Source: Salpingoeca rosetta
Taxonomy: Eukaryota; Protista; Choanoflagellata
Length of the DNA stretch: 64,000 nucleotides
Assembly: GCA_033442325.1 (NCBI GenBank)
Contig: JAWQFM010000003.1
Span: 1,094,663 to 1,158,662, forward strand
Direction of reading: 5' to 3'
Part shown: piece after piece, positions 40,928 to 64,000 of the stretch
Layout of the letters: every line of letters begins with the position of its first letter
Numbering within the stretch: position 1 is the stretch's first letter
Position numbers and translations under genes: made by a program
The notes under the pieces: model-generated
Databases searched by the model: none
What the model was told of the DNA's origin: nothing
Seen by the model: the letters and a program-made list of their open reading frames with translations, nothing else

Positions 40928-41635
40928 ATGGTGCGGTCGTCAGAGGCAACGTCGTCGTCCTCAGTGCCGTCGCAACGGCAGCAACAACAGCAACGCCAAC
41001 GCCAACATCAGCAACATCATCAACAGCGTCACCGGTCGCAACCGCCACCAATGATGGCCATGTCGGGCTTTTCCATGTCGCCGGCTGCACCGTCCTTGCT
41101 ACCGCCCTCCCCACACCCGCGACCACAGCGTCAATCGCCAGCGCCTGCTTCCTCCTCCTCTGCTTCTTCTTCTGCTGCTTCTGCGTCGGCGACAGGGACG
41201 ACACCCGGACGCGTGAGAGCGGCAAGTGGGCTGGCCACCCGCGCAGCCTCTGCGTCAGGTACACAGAGCAGCGTGCGGAAGGACGAAGCAGAGGAGTACG
41301 ACAGCGCCACCTCGGATGAAGACGGTGCGTTGGACGATTTGGATGAGGCAGACCTGCTTCGATCGCAGCCGTCAGCGGCGCGAAATCCTTCGCCGCACAC
41401 GCCAGCGAGAAGAAGAAGAACAAGATCCCCACCACGGCAGCCACTGTCAAGGGAGGTGGGCTCACCTCGAAAGGAGCAAGGCTCATCTGCAAAGCAGCCC
41501 AGGAGGGCGAGGGAGGCACCTCCTTCTCCCCACTCCAAGCATCCTGATCAACAGCTCAAGAAGAAAAAGAAACACCTCGCACAACACAGGCCAGCAGAGC
41601 ACAAGCGCCCACATCGATTTCAGGTGCCCGCGCGC

Positions 41636-41733
<98 letters not shown>

Positions 41734-43552
41734 CGAGGTGTGTGTGCAAGGTGTCGTATGGGGCGGGTATGTTTCGTGATGTAGTTTATACTAGCAGTAA
41801 GTTTGGAAAACCCGCGAAGCATGGAGCGGTGGGGGATGTCCCCTGTCAAACTTTGTGCCCTCTTGTGTTGTTTTTGTATTTTGTAGCGGTGTGACAACAG
41901 TTCGTGACCACGCCCTTTCGGAACACACAGAGAGAAAAAATGGGGGCCAGTGTCGTGCAACGTGGGTAGTAAGAGTGAGCAGGAACCTGATATCGTGGGG
42001 AATGGAACTATGAGGTGGTAGATGTTCCTCTANNNNNNNNNNNNNNNNNNNNNNNNNNNNNNNNNNNNNNNNNNNNNNNNNNNNNNNNNNNNNNNNNNNN
42101 NNNNNNNNNNNNNNNNNNNNNNNNNNNNNNNNNNNNNNNNNNNNNNNNNNNNNNNNNNNNNNNNNNNNNNNNNNNNNNNNNNNNNNNNNNNNNNNNNNNN
42201 NNNNNNNNNNNNNNNNNNNNNNNNNNNNNNNNNNNNNNNNNNNNNNNNNNNNNNNNNNNNNNNNNNNNNNNNNNNNNNNNNNNNNNNNNNNNNNNNNNNN
42301 NNNNNNNNNNNNNNNNNNNNNNNNNNNNNNNNNNNNNNNNNNNNNNNNNNNNNNNNNNNNNNNNNNNNNNNNNNNNNNNNNNNNNNNNNNNNNNNNNNNN
42401 NNNNNNNNNNNNNNNNNNNNNNNNNNNNNNNNNNNNNNNNNNNNNNNNNNNNNNNNNNNNNNNNNNNNNNNNNNNNNNNNNNNNNNNNNNNNNNNNNNNN
42501 NNNNNNNNNNNNNNNNNNNNNNNNNNNNNNNNNNNNNNNNNNNNNNNNNNNNNNNNNNNNNNNNNNNNNNNNNNNNNNNNNNNNNNNNNNNNNNNNNNNN
42601 NNNNNNNNNNNNNNNNNNNNNNNNNNNNNNNNNNNNNNNNNNNNNNNNNNNNNNNNNNNNNNNNNNNNNNNNNNNNNNNNNNNNNNNNNNNNNNNNNNNN
42701 NNNNNNNNNNNNNNNNNNNNNNNNNNNNNNNNNNNNNNNNNNNNNNNNNNNNNNNNNNNNNNNNNNNNNNNNNNNNNNNNNNNNNNNNNNNNNNNNNNNN
42801 NNNNNNNNNNNNNNNNNNNNNNNNNNNNNNNNNNNNNNNNNNNNNNNNNNNNNNNNNNNNNNNNNNNNNNNNNNNNNNNNNNNNNNNNNNNNNNNNNNNN
42901 NNNNNNNNNNNNNNNNNNNNNNNNNNNNNNNNNNNNNNNNNNTGTTGTGGAGAAGATCAAGCACGAGTCTCTCATGGCCATGACAGAGGAGGACATGATT
43001 GCGCAGGCGAAGCGAGCGAGCCTTCGCGACGCCTATCTTCACCGCCCGCCAGCCGCTGGTGTCGCCTCGCATGCGCTTCGAATGGACAAGAAGAAGAAGA
43101 CAACGAAGAGCAAGAGAAGACAGCAGCACCACCACGAACACCAACCACCACACCAACAGCACCAACCACCACACCAACAGCACCAACCACCACACCAACA
43201 GCACCAACCACCACACCAACGCGAACAGCACCAACCACCACACCAACGCCAACAGCACCAACCACCACACCAACGCCAACAGCACCAACCACCCTATCAC
43301 TCCCACCCGGCGTTCCTCGCCGCAGCATCGTCGTCAGCACCATCATCATCATCGTCATCATTGGCCGCACATCAGTCGTCATCATCAGCAGCGAAGCGGG
43401 GCGCTCGCATGGTGCCCGCACACGAGGCTGACCATGAAGACGACGATGATGATGGCCGCACTGGAGACCAACGTGCTGGCGATCATACTGTAACGGATGA
43501 TGAGGACATGCTGCTGCAAATTGCACTCGCACAGTCCCTGCAAGAGAAGTGA
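40928..43552 (+). CDS. Low-complexity protein with C-terminal UIM; probable OTUD5/DUBA-like deubiquitinase whose OTU domain would lie in the 910-N gap
   Basis: C-terminal DDEDMLLQIALAQSLQEK fits the UIM consensus. EKIKHESLMAMTEEDMIAQAKRASL resembles the post-OTU helix of OTUD5. The catalytic domain itself is not visible. Confidence 0.55.
42033..42942. other. Assembly gap (other gaps: 2907-3006, 13368-13467, 38113-38258)
   Basis: Runs of N. Confidence 1.
43135..43292 (+). repeat. Coding tandem repeat (PPHQQHQ / PPHQRQQHQ, 21-27 bp units)
   Basis: CCACCACACCAACAGCACCAA-type units are directly visible. Confidence 0.9.
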
Positions 43553-44371
43553 AGCAGTGAATTCGCTTATGTGTGTGTGTCTGTGTGTGTCTGTGTGTGT
43601 CTGTGTGTGTCTGTGTGTCTATGTGACGTGTGTGTGTGTGGTGTTGAATTTGACTGAAAATAATGTAACATAATTGCTACTCGTGTAAGGTTTGCATCTT
43701 TGATGTGATGTGACATGACAGCATTCAGCCCTGCCGTTGCTGCTATTGCCCCCTCCCCCCTCGTACCGCCCGCTGTTTATAACACCTCGCGCGCCCGTTC
43801 GTATATCTCGCCTTGTGCACCCTTGCCCCCCCCCCCAATTATTGTCCGTCTGTGTCTCTCATCCCATAAATTCGACAGCATGATGTGGCATGTTCGGGTG
43901 GTTGTCTGGGCACGGCGGCGTGGAAAGTACAGCAACAGCGGTGTGGCTTGCCTGTGTTGGCGGCTCATGCATTGTGTGTCTGTCGACATGGTTCCTTCAA
44001 CGATTGCGCACGTTGTTTAATTGACATGTGAAGCACAGCGTGTGTCACACCGCAGCGGCGGACCCGCCAAGCTCGCTTTTCAAGCCTTCAATCCTACAAT
44101 ACAGCCAAACTGGAGTCGAACACACGAACAAAACACAGACTACACCTGACATGCATAATGCAGACATAACAAAGGATGCCATCACAAACACAAGCGACCA
44201 ACACCCAATTCTTTCACAGCCACATGACTGCTGTTGGTTGACCTCTTTGCGCACACCTCACCTTCTTCCCCTGCTGATCAAACTCCCTCAAACTCACACA
44301 CACACACACATTGCCGCATTCACACTATCACATAAACAATAACACACACATATACACACCATCACACGCCA

Positions 44372-44413
<42 letters not shown>

Positions 44414-44487
44414 ACGCTGTGTGTTGAGATGCCACACATCACAGCTACGATGGCAAGAGCAGGATGCATCTGTGTGACGGCCATGTT

Positions 44488-47180
44488 TCACGCGCTGTCC
44501 CCGTCCTGGTAAACGCCCAGCTGGGCAAGGATGCTCTCCATACGCGGCAGGTGCAGTGGCGTGGCTTCCTGCGTGTGTGCACAGAACCCGTCTGTGGTTG
44601 GCGACACAATCACTTCGCGCACACGCGCGCCGCCATCACGGCTACCGTCGCTGTCGCCTTGCCAGAAGATGAGGTAATAGGGGGAGGTAAGCAGCGAGGC
44701 GCGCGCACCAGTGATGGAGAAAAAGCCCCCACGTTCATTGCCAAACTCGTCGACAGTGTCATTGGCGTCGTTGCTGTCGTCACTTGTGGCGGCATGGCTC
44801 GCACCGCGCCCGCTGCCCACTGCAATCCCTCCCTCACCTCCCGGCCGCCGAAGCAGCAGCGGCGCAGCAGGCGACGGCCACGGCTTGGACGACAGTGATG
44901 ACGGCGATGACGATGGTGGTGCTGAGGGAGAGAGCGAGCACGAGGGACGGGCGTTGTTGGCGCCAGCGCTAGTGTCATCGCGGGCCAGCACGCCGTGGAG
45001 GTATGATGGCGCTGGCTCGTCATCCGGCCGCGCAGGAAACACCACGAACCTTCGCTCCGGGTTGGCAGCAAAGTATGCCTGGGCAAAGTCACGATATGCC
45101 GCTAGCAACGGCCCTTCCGCCAGCCACGCTGGAGGGTTGCTGGTGGAGTCGGGGGCATTGCTCACGTTTGTACCCGCTTCCTCAGTTGAACCTGCCTCAG
45201 TTGATGCGTCGCCATTCACCTCACCTTCCTTTGTTGTTGGTGTTGTCGTGGATTCGCGCTGCTGTTGCAACTGCTGGTGCGTGTGGAGTGCCGCTGTGGG
45301 CGCTGCTGATGTGTGTACGGCAACGGCACTTTGCAGCGCAAGCAGCTGCGGATAGTGTGCCAGGCGCGTGCATGTCCTTGCGAGTGCAGCAAAGCGGGAG
45401 ACGGTTGGCGGGGACACGAGGCCGGCGAGACGGGTAAACGCAGCAGACACGGCTGACGATACCACAGCAGTGCTGCCGGAGCGCTCGTACATCTCCACAG
45501 CGCGGGTGGCGATGGAATCCACATCCGCCTGGCAACACCAACACGCGCACGCGTGGGCATGTGTGTGTGTGTTGGGGGGGGGGGTGTTTGCATGTGTGTG
45601 TGTGAGGGGGGGGGGAGGTGTTGATACATGTGTGTCCACATGAGCATCGTGTGAACAACGGGCAATGCCAGGCTGATTGCGCTGGATCACAGCAAAGCGT
45701 GTGCACACAATTGGCCATTTCCTCTCTCCCTCCACCATTACACCACCACGCCTCTCCTTCAATACCAAAAGTGCAAGTGCGCCAGCGTCACCAACGTACG
45801 GGAAGGAGAGCGTCGTTTGCCGCGGTGTCAAGGGCCGGCGCAAGCAGGAGGTCTGATTTGAAATGCGCGGCAAGGTCCAAGATGGCGTCACACAGCACCG
45901 CCACCTCCCGTGCGGTTGCGGCCTTTGGCGGGGCGAAGAACGCCTGCACCAGCTCCTGCGTCGTTGCCAGGCCGTCAAGCACAAACTCGGGCGAGTACGA
46001 CCTGTGCAGCGGCGCAAATCATGAAGTTGAGCGACGAGGGGGGGGGGGTGGCAGGGGAGAAGAAGCAGTTGCAGGTCGGTGCCCAGAGGAAAACGGGAGG
46101 CGGAAGGAGATGAAAGCGCGGGCGGGGGGGGGGGCGGTGTCAGGCAATATCACGTGCACTCATGAATACTTGCACAATTTCACAGGTTCGGTTGTCATAG
46201 ACACGCAGACACACAGACACACATAGACACACAAACACACCCACACCCACACCCACACACACACACACACACACCCACACACAGCCACACACAGCCACAC
46301 ACAGACACACACAGACACAGACACACAGACACAGCCACACACAGACACACACACACCCTTTGATGGAGAAGTGGGCGCGCTCGCGAAGGCTTGACGGCGG
46401 GGTGGCGAGGGTGCGGATGATGTTGAGGACGGACGTGCGGGGCAAGGTGTGACCCACGTGCGCCATGGACTGCAGCACAGCCATGCACTGCGGGAAGAGG
46501 TGCAGGCGCGCGAGGAGGTGAAGGACGGGCTCTGACACGGCGGGCACGGGGCATGTGCGGGCAATTGGGAACGCAAACGTGCGGGCAATGGCTGCCTGGC
46601 CTTGCGGGGTCTTGCCGTCAAGCATGGAGGTGAGCGAGTGGACACATGCCTCCGCTACGGCCTCTGGTGCTGCGCGGTGCGACACTGCGTGTTGATACAA
46701 ATCATACACGTCCTGCGTCGTGCGCGCAAAGGGGAGGAGGGTGAGGTACACCTTTGGCTGGAAGGTGAGGTAGGGCAGGCGTTCCAGGTGCTTGAAGAGG
46801 CCGCGCAACTTGGCGAAGCGGTTGACGCGGTGGTCGTGTTCCAATACGCGCTGCAACCACGCGCACAGGGTGCGGCCACTGGGCATGGTCTTCCTGTCTG
46901 CCATCATGAGCAGGATGTGATGGGAGTGGTTGAAGTCGCCCATGTTTGCGGCTGCCAGTGCCGCGGACTGCAGTGCTTTGTTGGTTAAGCTGACATGCGC
47001 AGCCTCGGCTAGCTCCAGGCCTGCACCAATCGCATGAATGGGCCGTTGGTGAGGTCGGGCTTGGTGGTAGTGTGGATGCGATTCATTGTGATTGTGTCAT
47101 ATTATTGTGTGTGTGTGTGTGCGTGTGTGTGCGTGCGTGCGTGCGTGCGTGTGTGTAGGCGTGTGTGTGCGTGCGTGTAG

Positions 47181-47254
<74 letters not shown>

Positions 47255-48236
47255 GCGTACAGAAAATGTGCTTGGCTCACCCGATCACAACCACACACAC
47301 CGACACACACACACGCACGCACACACACACACACATCAACAACAGCAAACGGGTGAAAAGCATGTGTGTGCGGTGTGTGTGTGTGTGTGACCTTTGAGGG
47401 CGTGTGTGTAGTCGTGGCTCGCCTCTGCTTGGGTGATGAGCGTGGAGTAGACGGCGGGCAACACGGTGAAGTGTGACATGATGTGCACTGCAGCAGCAAA
47501 GTCGCAGTTCTGGATACAGTCCTCCACCGTGTTGCTGACGCTTCTTCGCACGCAGGCCTCTCCTCGTTTATCTGAAGTTTGCTTCCACAAGTCCAATGCT
47601 TCTCGAATGGACACACGCCGCAGCGACGTGTCCTCTGTCTCTCCCACCACCTGAGCACAACGACATATGTGTGCATGTGTGTGCATGCGCATGTGTGTGA
47701 GTGTGTGTGCATGTGTGTGAGTGAGTGTCAGTATGAATGTACGTGTGTGTGTGTGAGTGTCAGTATGAATGTACGTGTGTGTGAGTGTAAATGTGAGCGA
47801 GTGTGTGTGTATGTGTGTGTGTGTGAGTGAGTGAGTGTCAGTATGAATGTACGTGTGTGGACCATCAAACACTCAACGCAAACGAAGATACACGCGCGCA
47901 CATGTCTTTCGCTGTTGAAATACGAACGTTCAGATCGTCGTGTATGTTGATCTGGGCAGTCATACCATCAGCAACACCACCAGCAGCATCAGCACCAACG
48001 GCATCACTAGCATCACCAACGGCATCAGCATCAACGGCATCCCTAGCAGCATCAACGGCATCAACAGCGACAGCACTCGAAGTCGCACCACTCCTGCTGT
48101 GGCTGCTGTGGCTGCTGTGGCCGCTGTGGCTGCTGTGGCCGCTTCTACAACAGGCGGCCGCTGTGGATGCCCGGTGAGCACGCACAGTACTCCCCCATCG
48201 TTGGCGTTGTGCAAGTCTCAGCCACCGCACCGACAT
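44488..48236 (-). CDS. Large predicted mitochondrial helical-repeat (PPR-like) protein, about 5 exons
   Basis: N-terminus MSVRWLRLAQRQRWGSTVRAHRAS is transit-peptide-like. Segments such as PAVYSTLITQAEASHDYTHALK and AAANMGDFNHSHHILLMMADRKTMPSGRTLCAWL are PPR-like. Exons are bounded by GT-AG. The family call is weak. Confidence 0.5.
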
Positions 48237-48702
48237 GCTTCATTGACTGGCTGGTCCAAGTTCACGACAACAAGAACAAGAAGCGGGGGGAAGTGAGCAA
48301 GCCACCAACCAGCGAAAGCAAGGAGCGAGTGCTTTGCTGTGAGCAAGGTCGTGTTTGGCGTGCACGAGGATGTGTGTGTTTTGGTGGTGTGGGAGCTTGG
48401 CTTGTGGGTAAAAATTTATGGTGTCGCAACAGAAAAGCGCAGTGCTGGCTGCCTGCTGCGATCTTGTTGGCTGCTCTCGCATCCATATGTCTATGTCATA
48501 TCATCGCTCTCAGACAACAAGACAACAGACCTTCATGTCACATCACATCACACGACCCTCCCTCCCCCTCTCCCCTCTCCTCAAGCTCTCTTACTCACAG
48601 CACATACATCACCACCCCCGTACACCCATCCATGCACGCACGCGCACACACACACACACACATGCAATCAAAGCAGAGCAGAACATGTGTCTGTTATTCT
48701 TG

Positions 48703-50499
48703 TCATTGGGTTGGCGGAAGTGGCGGGCGGTGCTGGCCCTGTGTGGGGATGGAGGGTTGTGCACCAAAGTTGGGGGCATTCGCTGTGTAGATGGCGTTGT
48801 TGTTCCAGGAATCGCGCCGCCGTTGCTGGTTGCGGATCGACAGGCGCTTCTGCTGCTGGAGGATGACTTCGCTCTCCGAGGACGCCGTGCTGTAGTGTGG
48901 TCCACCATCCGTACTGGACTCCCCATCCGTGTGTGACCCGGCCACCTTTGTGTATGTTGGTGGGCACTCGATGGGCACAATGTTGGACGCGCGGTCGTAG
49001 TCGTGGGCCTGCGTGTCAAGCAGTGGCTGCATCGATGGTCTGCGCTGCGGTTGTCGTTCTTGTTGGTGTTGTCGTTCTTGCTGGTGTTTGTGCCCACGTT
49101 GTTGCTGTTGGTGTTGCTGGTGTTGCTGTTGCTGTTGGTGTTGATGTTGCTGATGTTGCTGCGCATCAGCGTGGTGCGGCTCGCCAATAATCTCCGCTCC
49201 CCCAAACGAGGTCACGCGCAGCCTCTCGCCCCTCGTCCCACCAGCACCACCGCGGCGGCCACCACCATCTTCGTCGTCACTGGACATGTCGGTGTAGCCA
49301 TCCATGCTGAAACCGAGGACGTCACTCGAGTCTCCCATCAGCGGGACCATGGACGGTCGTCGCTGGCCTCTCCCGCGCCGTCCACCTGGATCGTTGCCGT
49401 TGTGACCGCCGCCGCCGCGTGTCTTGGAGAAGGCGGCGCCAGCGCCCATGCGCCACTTGCCGCGGCGCGTGGATATGCCGGCCCCACTGACGGGAGCACT
49501 GCTGCCCACGCCACTGCTGCTTGCCGCGAGCCTGGACTGTGCACCGCCGCTGCTGCCGCCATTGGGAGCACCGCTGCCACCGCCGTGGCTGCTGCCGCTG
49601 CCGCTGCCACCTTGCTGCCGCTCGCTCTCCTGCAAGAAGCGATCCGCAATTTCCAGCATGCGCTTGTTGTTGGGGCGGCGGTACTTGGAGCGGCGGCCCT
49701 GGACTTTGCTGGCCACCCACAAGATGAGGATGGCGACGAGGGCGAGTCCAACGGCGCCCAGCACGAGGTAGGTTTGGATCGGGTTGAGGGAGCCGATGTG
49801 GAAACCGCCGTCGTCGTTGGGGCCGCCGCCGCCGTCCACAGTGGTGCTGTTGGGCGATGACGTGGCGTTGACGGTCGTCAGAGGTTCGTCCGTGGTGGCC
49901 TCCGGGTAGCCGCTGCCAAAGTCGTCGTCGTTCAGTGGTGTGGGCGTGGTTGTGGGTGGCAGGGTGCCTGTGATGAGGTGGTGCCCGCTGGTGCACAGGC
50001 TGAGCGGGTCTGTGGGGTGGGGCACGCACAGGTCGATGGCGGCAAGCCCGGCTTCGAGCTTGATCTTCGCGTCCCTGTCAAGCACGGTGGCGACGAGGTT
50101 GATGCCGCCGACGGACGGCGCCAGTTCCAGGGCCAGGAGCTCGTCTGGGAAGATGACAAACTCCTCCAATGTGAGGACTTGCCAGGCGTTGAAAAGAAAC
50201 CGGCGTGTGATGTTTGGTTCTCTCCCTCCAAATAGAGTGAAGAAGTTGGCGTCAGGGAAGCGGATCACTGAGGATGCGTTCTGCGCCATGCAGCTGGTCG
50301 GGCAAGCCACGACAGCAAGAAGCAGCAGAGCCGCTGCCGCCATTGCACCCGCTGCCATTGGTGCGTCATGCCCTTCACAATGCACACGACGCCGCCGATG
50401 CATTTGATGTCGATGACCATGACACTGATGCATGCAGCCGCTCATACCATCAGCGTCACCACCACCATCAAGGCAACAACGCCTGCTGCTCGTTGTCAT
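48703..50499 (-). CDS. Single-exon type I membrane protein with a disordered, Tyr-motif-bearing cytoplasmic tail (true start may be the ATG at 50358 or 50343)
   Basis: Signal-like MAAGAMAAAALLLLAVVACPTSCMA, T/P-rich stalk, TM helix YLVLGAVGLALVAILILWVA followed by basic SKVQGRRSKYRR; 598-aa ORF. Confidence 0.75.
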   Translation of the reverse strand: MTTSSRRCCLDGGGDADGMSGCMHQCHGHRHQMHRRRRVHCEGHDAPMAAGAMAAAALLLLAVVACPTSCMAQNASSVIRFPDANFFTLFGGREPNITRRFLFNAWQVLTLEEFVIFPDELLALELAPSVGGINLVATVLDRDAKIKLEAGLAAIDLCVPHPTDPLSLCTSGHHLITGTLPPTTTPTPLNDDDFGSGYPEATTDEPLTTVNATSSPNSTTVDGGGGPNDDGGFHIGSLNPIQTYLVLGAVGLALVAILILWVASKVQGRRSKYRRPNNKRMLEIADRFLQESERQQGGSGSGSSHGGGSGAPNGGSSGGAQSRLAASSSGVGSSAPVSGAGISTRRGKWRMGAGAAFSKTRGGGGHNGNDPGGRRGRGQRRPSMVPLMGDSSDVLGFSMDGYTDMSSDDEDGGGRRGGAGGTRGERLRVTSFGGAEIIGEPHHADAQQHQQHQHQQQQQHQQHQQQQRGHKHQQERQHQQERQPQRRPSMQPLLDTQAHDYDRASNIVPIECPPTYTKVAGSHTDGESSTDGGPHYSTASSESEVILQQQKRLSIRNQQRRRDSWNNNAIYTANAPNFGAQPSIPTQGQHRPPLPPTQ

Positions 50500-50523
50500 G
50501 ACAGGCAGGGATGTGAGTGAGTG

Positions 50524-50561
<38 letters not shown>

Positions 50562-51487
50562 GTGTGTGTTTGTGTGCGCGAGTGTTTGTGAGTGTATGAG
50601 AGAGTGTGTGAGAGTGTGTGAGTGTGTTTGGTATGAGAGTGTGTGTTTGTGTGAGTGTGTGACTGTGTTTGGTATGAGAGAGTGTGTGTTTGTGTGAGTG
50701 TGTGTGTCTGTGACGTGTGGACAGCAGCTCAGCTCAAGCAGCACGCCGGAAGGAAAGGGTCGGAGAATGAGATGCTCCTTCTTCTGCTGTGCTCCGCACA
50801 CGATGGCTGGCTGGCGATGTGCTGGTATGCCAGCCACGACGAGTTTGCAAGCATCGGCATCAGCACCCACCTCCAAGCCCCGCCTCGCGCTCACGCCTCG
50901 TTTGTTTTGCGTGCTTTAGGTCGCATTCCTCACATCACGATATTCGGTGAGATACGCCACCACCATCGCGAATGCTGCTTTTGCCACCATTGTGGTAAAT
51001 CGTAGATTGCCAAATACAGAAGTGGGAGTGTGTTTTGCCTGCAAGCAAGCAAGCAAGCAAGCGAGCAAGCAAGGGGCAACACAAAAAAAAAATAGAGGGA
51101 AGAAAAAAAGTGCAGCCACAAAACACACACAAGCGGCCGCGCGCCTCTTCAACCAAACCAGCCAACCAACAACAACCAAAACCTCACTGCCGCACCCGAT
51201 CCTTGAGTGTGGTGTGTGCGTGCGTGGTGTGCACCGTGCTGTGGTGCTGCACCATTGTTTGTTTGTTTGTTTGTTGTGTGCGACACGCCACAGAGTGAGG
51301 GCTGCTGTCAAACGCACTCCAACAACCATCCGACCAAGGGTCCCGTCGCTTTGCTTGGGTTTCCTTTTTGTTGAAGGCTGACAGCAGCAGCTTTGCTTCG
51401 TTTTCCTGGCTAGACACTCCTTTTGCTTTTTCTGTGGTGTGCTTTGCTGTGCTGTGCTTTGTCCTTTGCGGAGCCAAGCATAGAAGC

Positions 51488-63521
<12,034 letters not shown>

Positions 63522-63754
63522 GTGCGTGTGTGTATGTGTGCGTGTATGTATTGACAGTTTTCGCGTGTTTGCATTCACGTGTGTGTCTTTTTGTTTTTGC
63601 GTGCGTCTTCGCCCCATCCACCTGCCTGTATTTCGGTAGAACGCTGATGCTGTTGTGTTGCGTGTGTGTGTGTGTGTGTGTGTGTTGCGCTCTTCTTCTC
63701 CTCTTTCTGCAACTTACGTCACTTTGCGCATTCTCGACCTGCAGATATATTTGT

Positions 63755-63869
<115 letters not shown>

Positions 63870-64000
63870 TGTGTGTGTGTGTGTGTGTGCTGCATGAATA
63901 TGAATGGCATCGATCAAACTCACGAACCATGGATGATGTTGTCACTCTTACACCATCATGTCTATCCCCATCCCTTCCTCTCTTTCTTCTTCTTCCCCCT

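Noticed and set aside
41760-42032. Possible OTU-domain exon fragments before the gap
   Set aside because: The sequence looks like a low-quality contig end and no consistent reading frame could be supported.
41791-43431. Long ORFs of 300-470 aa made mostly of X
   Set aside because: Artefacts of the N gap.

Overview
Eukaryotic, intron-rich, GC-rich draft-assembly DNA with four N-gaps. Introns are packed with (GT)n/(CA)n microsatellites, and the gene content is holozoan-like. This pattern is most consistent with a choanoflagellate such as Salpingoeca rosetta (inference). Almost all ORFs in the supplied track are microsatellite artefacts, so genes were rebuilt by splicing GT-AG exons by eye. About 15 genes are present, in order: CRAL-TRIO protein (-), CEP83-like (+), MESH1/HDDC3 (-), C11orf54/PTD012-like (+), an apparently intronless low-complexity gene split by a frameshift (-), mitochondrial uL4 (-), TDRD3-like (+), SCYL1 (+), Yippee/YPEL (+), mitochondrion-targeted bacterial-type OsmC/YhfA protein (-), LIV-1 ZIP transporter with a ZIP4/ZIP12-type ectodomain (-), OTUD5-like UIM protein (+, gap inside), PPR-like mitochondrial protein (-), Tyr-motif type I membrane protein (-), and a giant secreted Cys-rich repeat protein with two bacterial-looking beta-sandwich modules (+, runs off the window). 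No rRNA, tRNA, CRISPR array or recognisable transposon was seen. Family assignments rest on remembered motifs; no searches were run.
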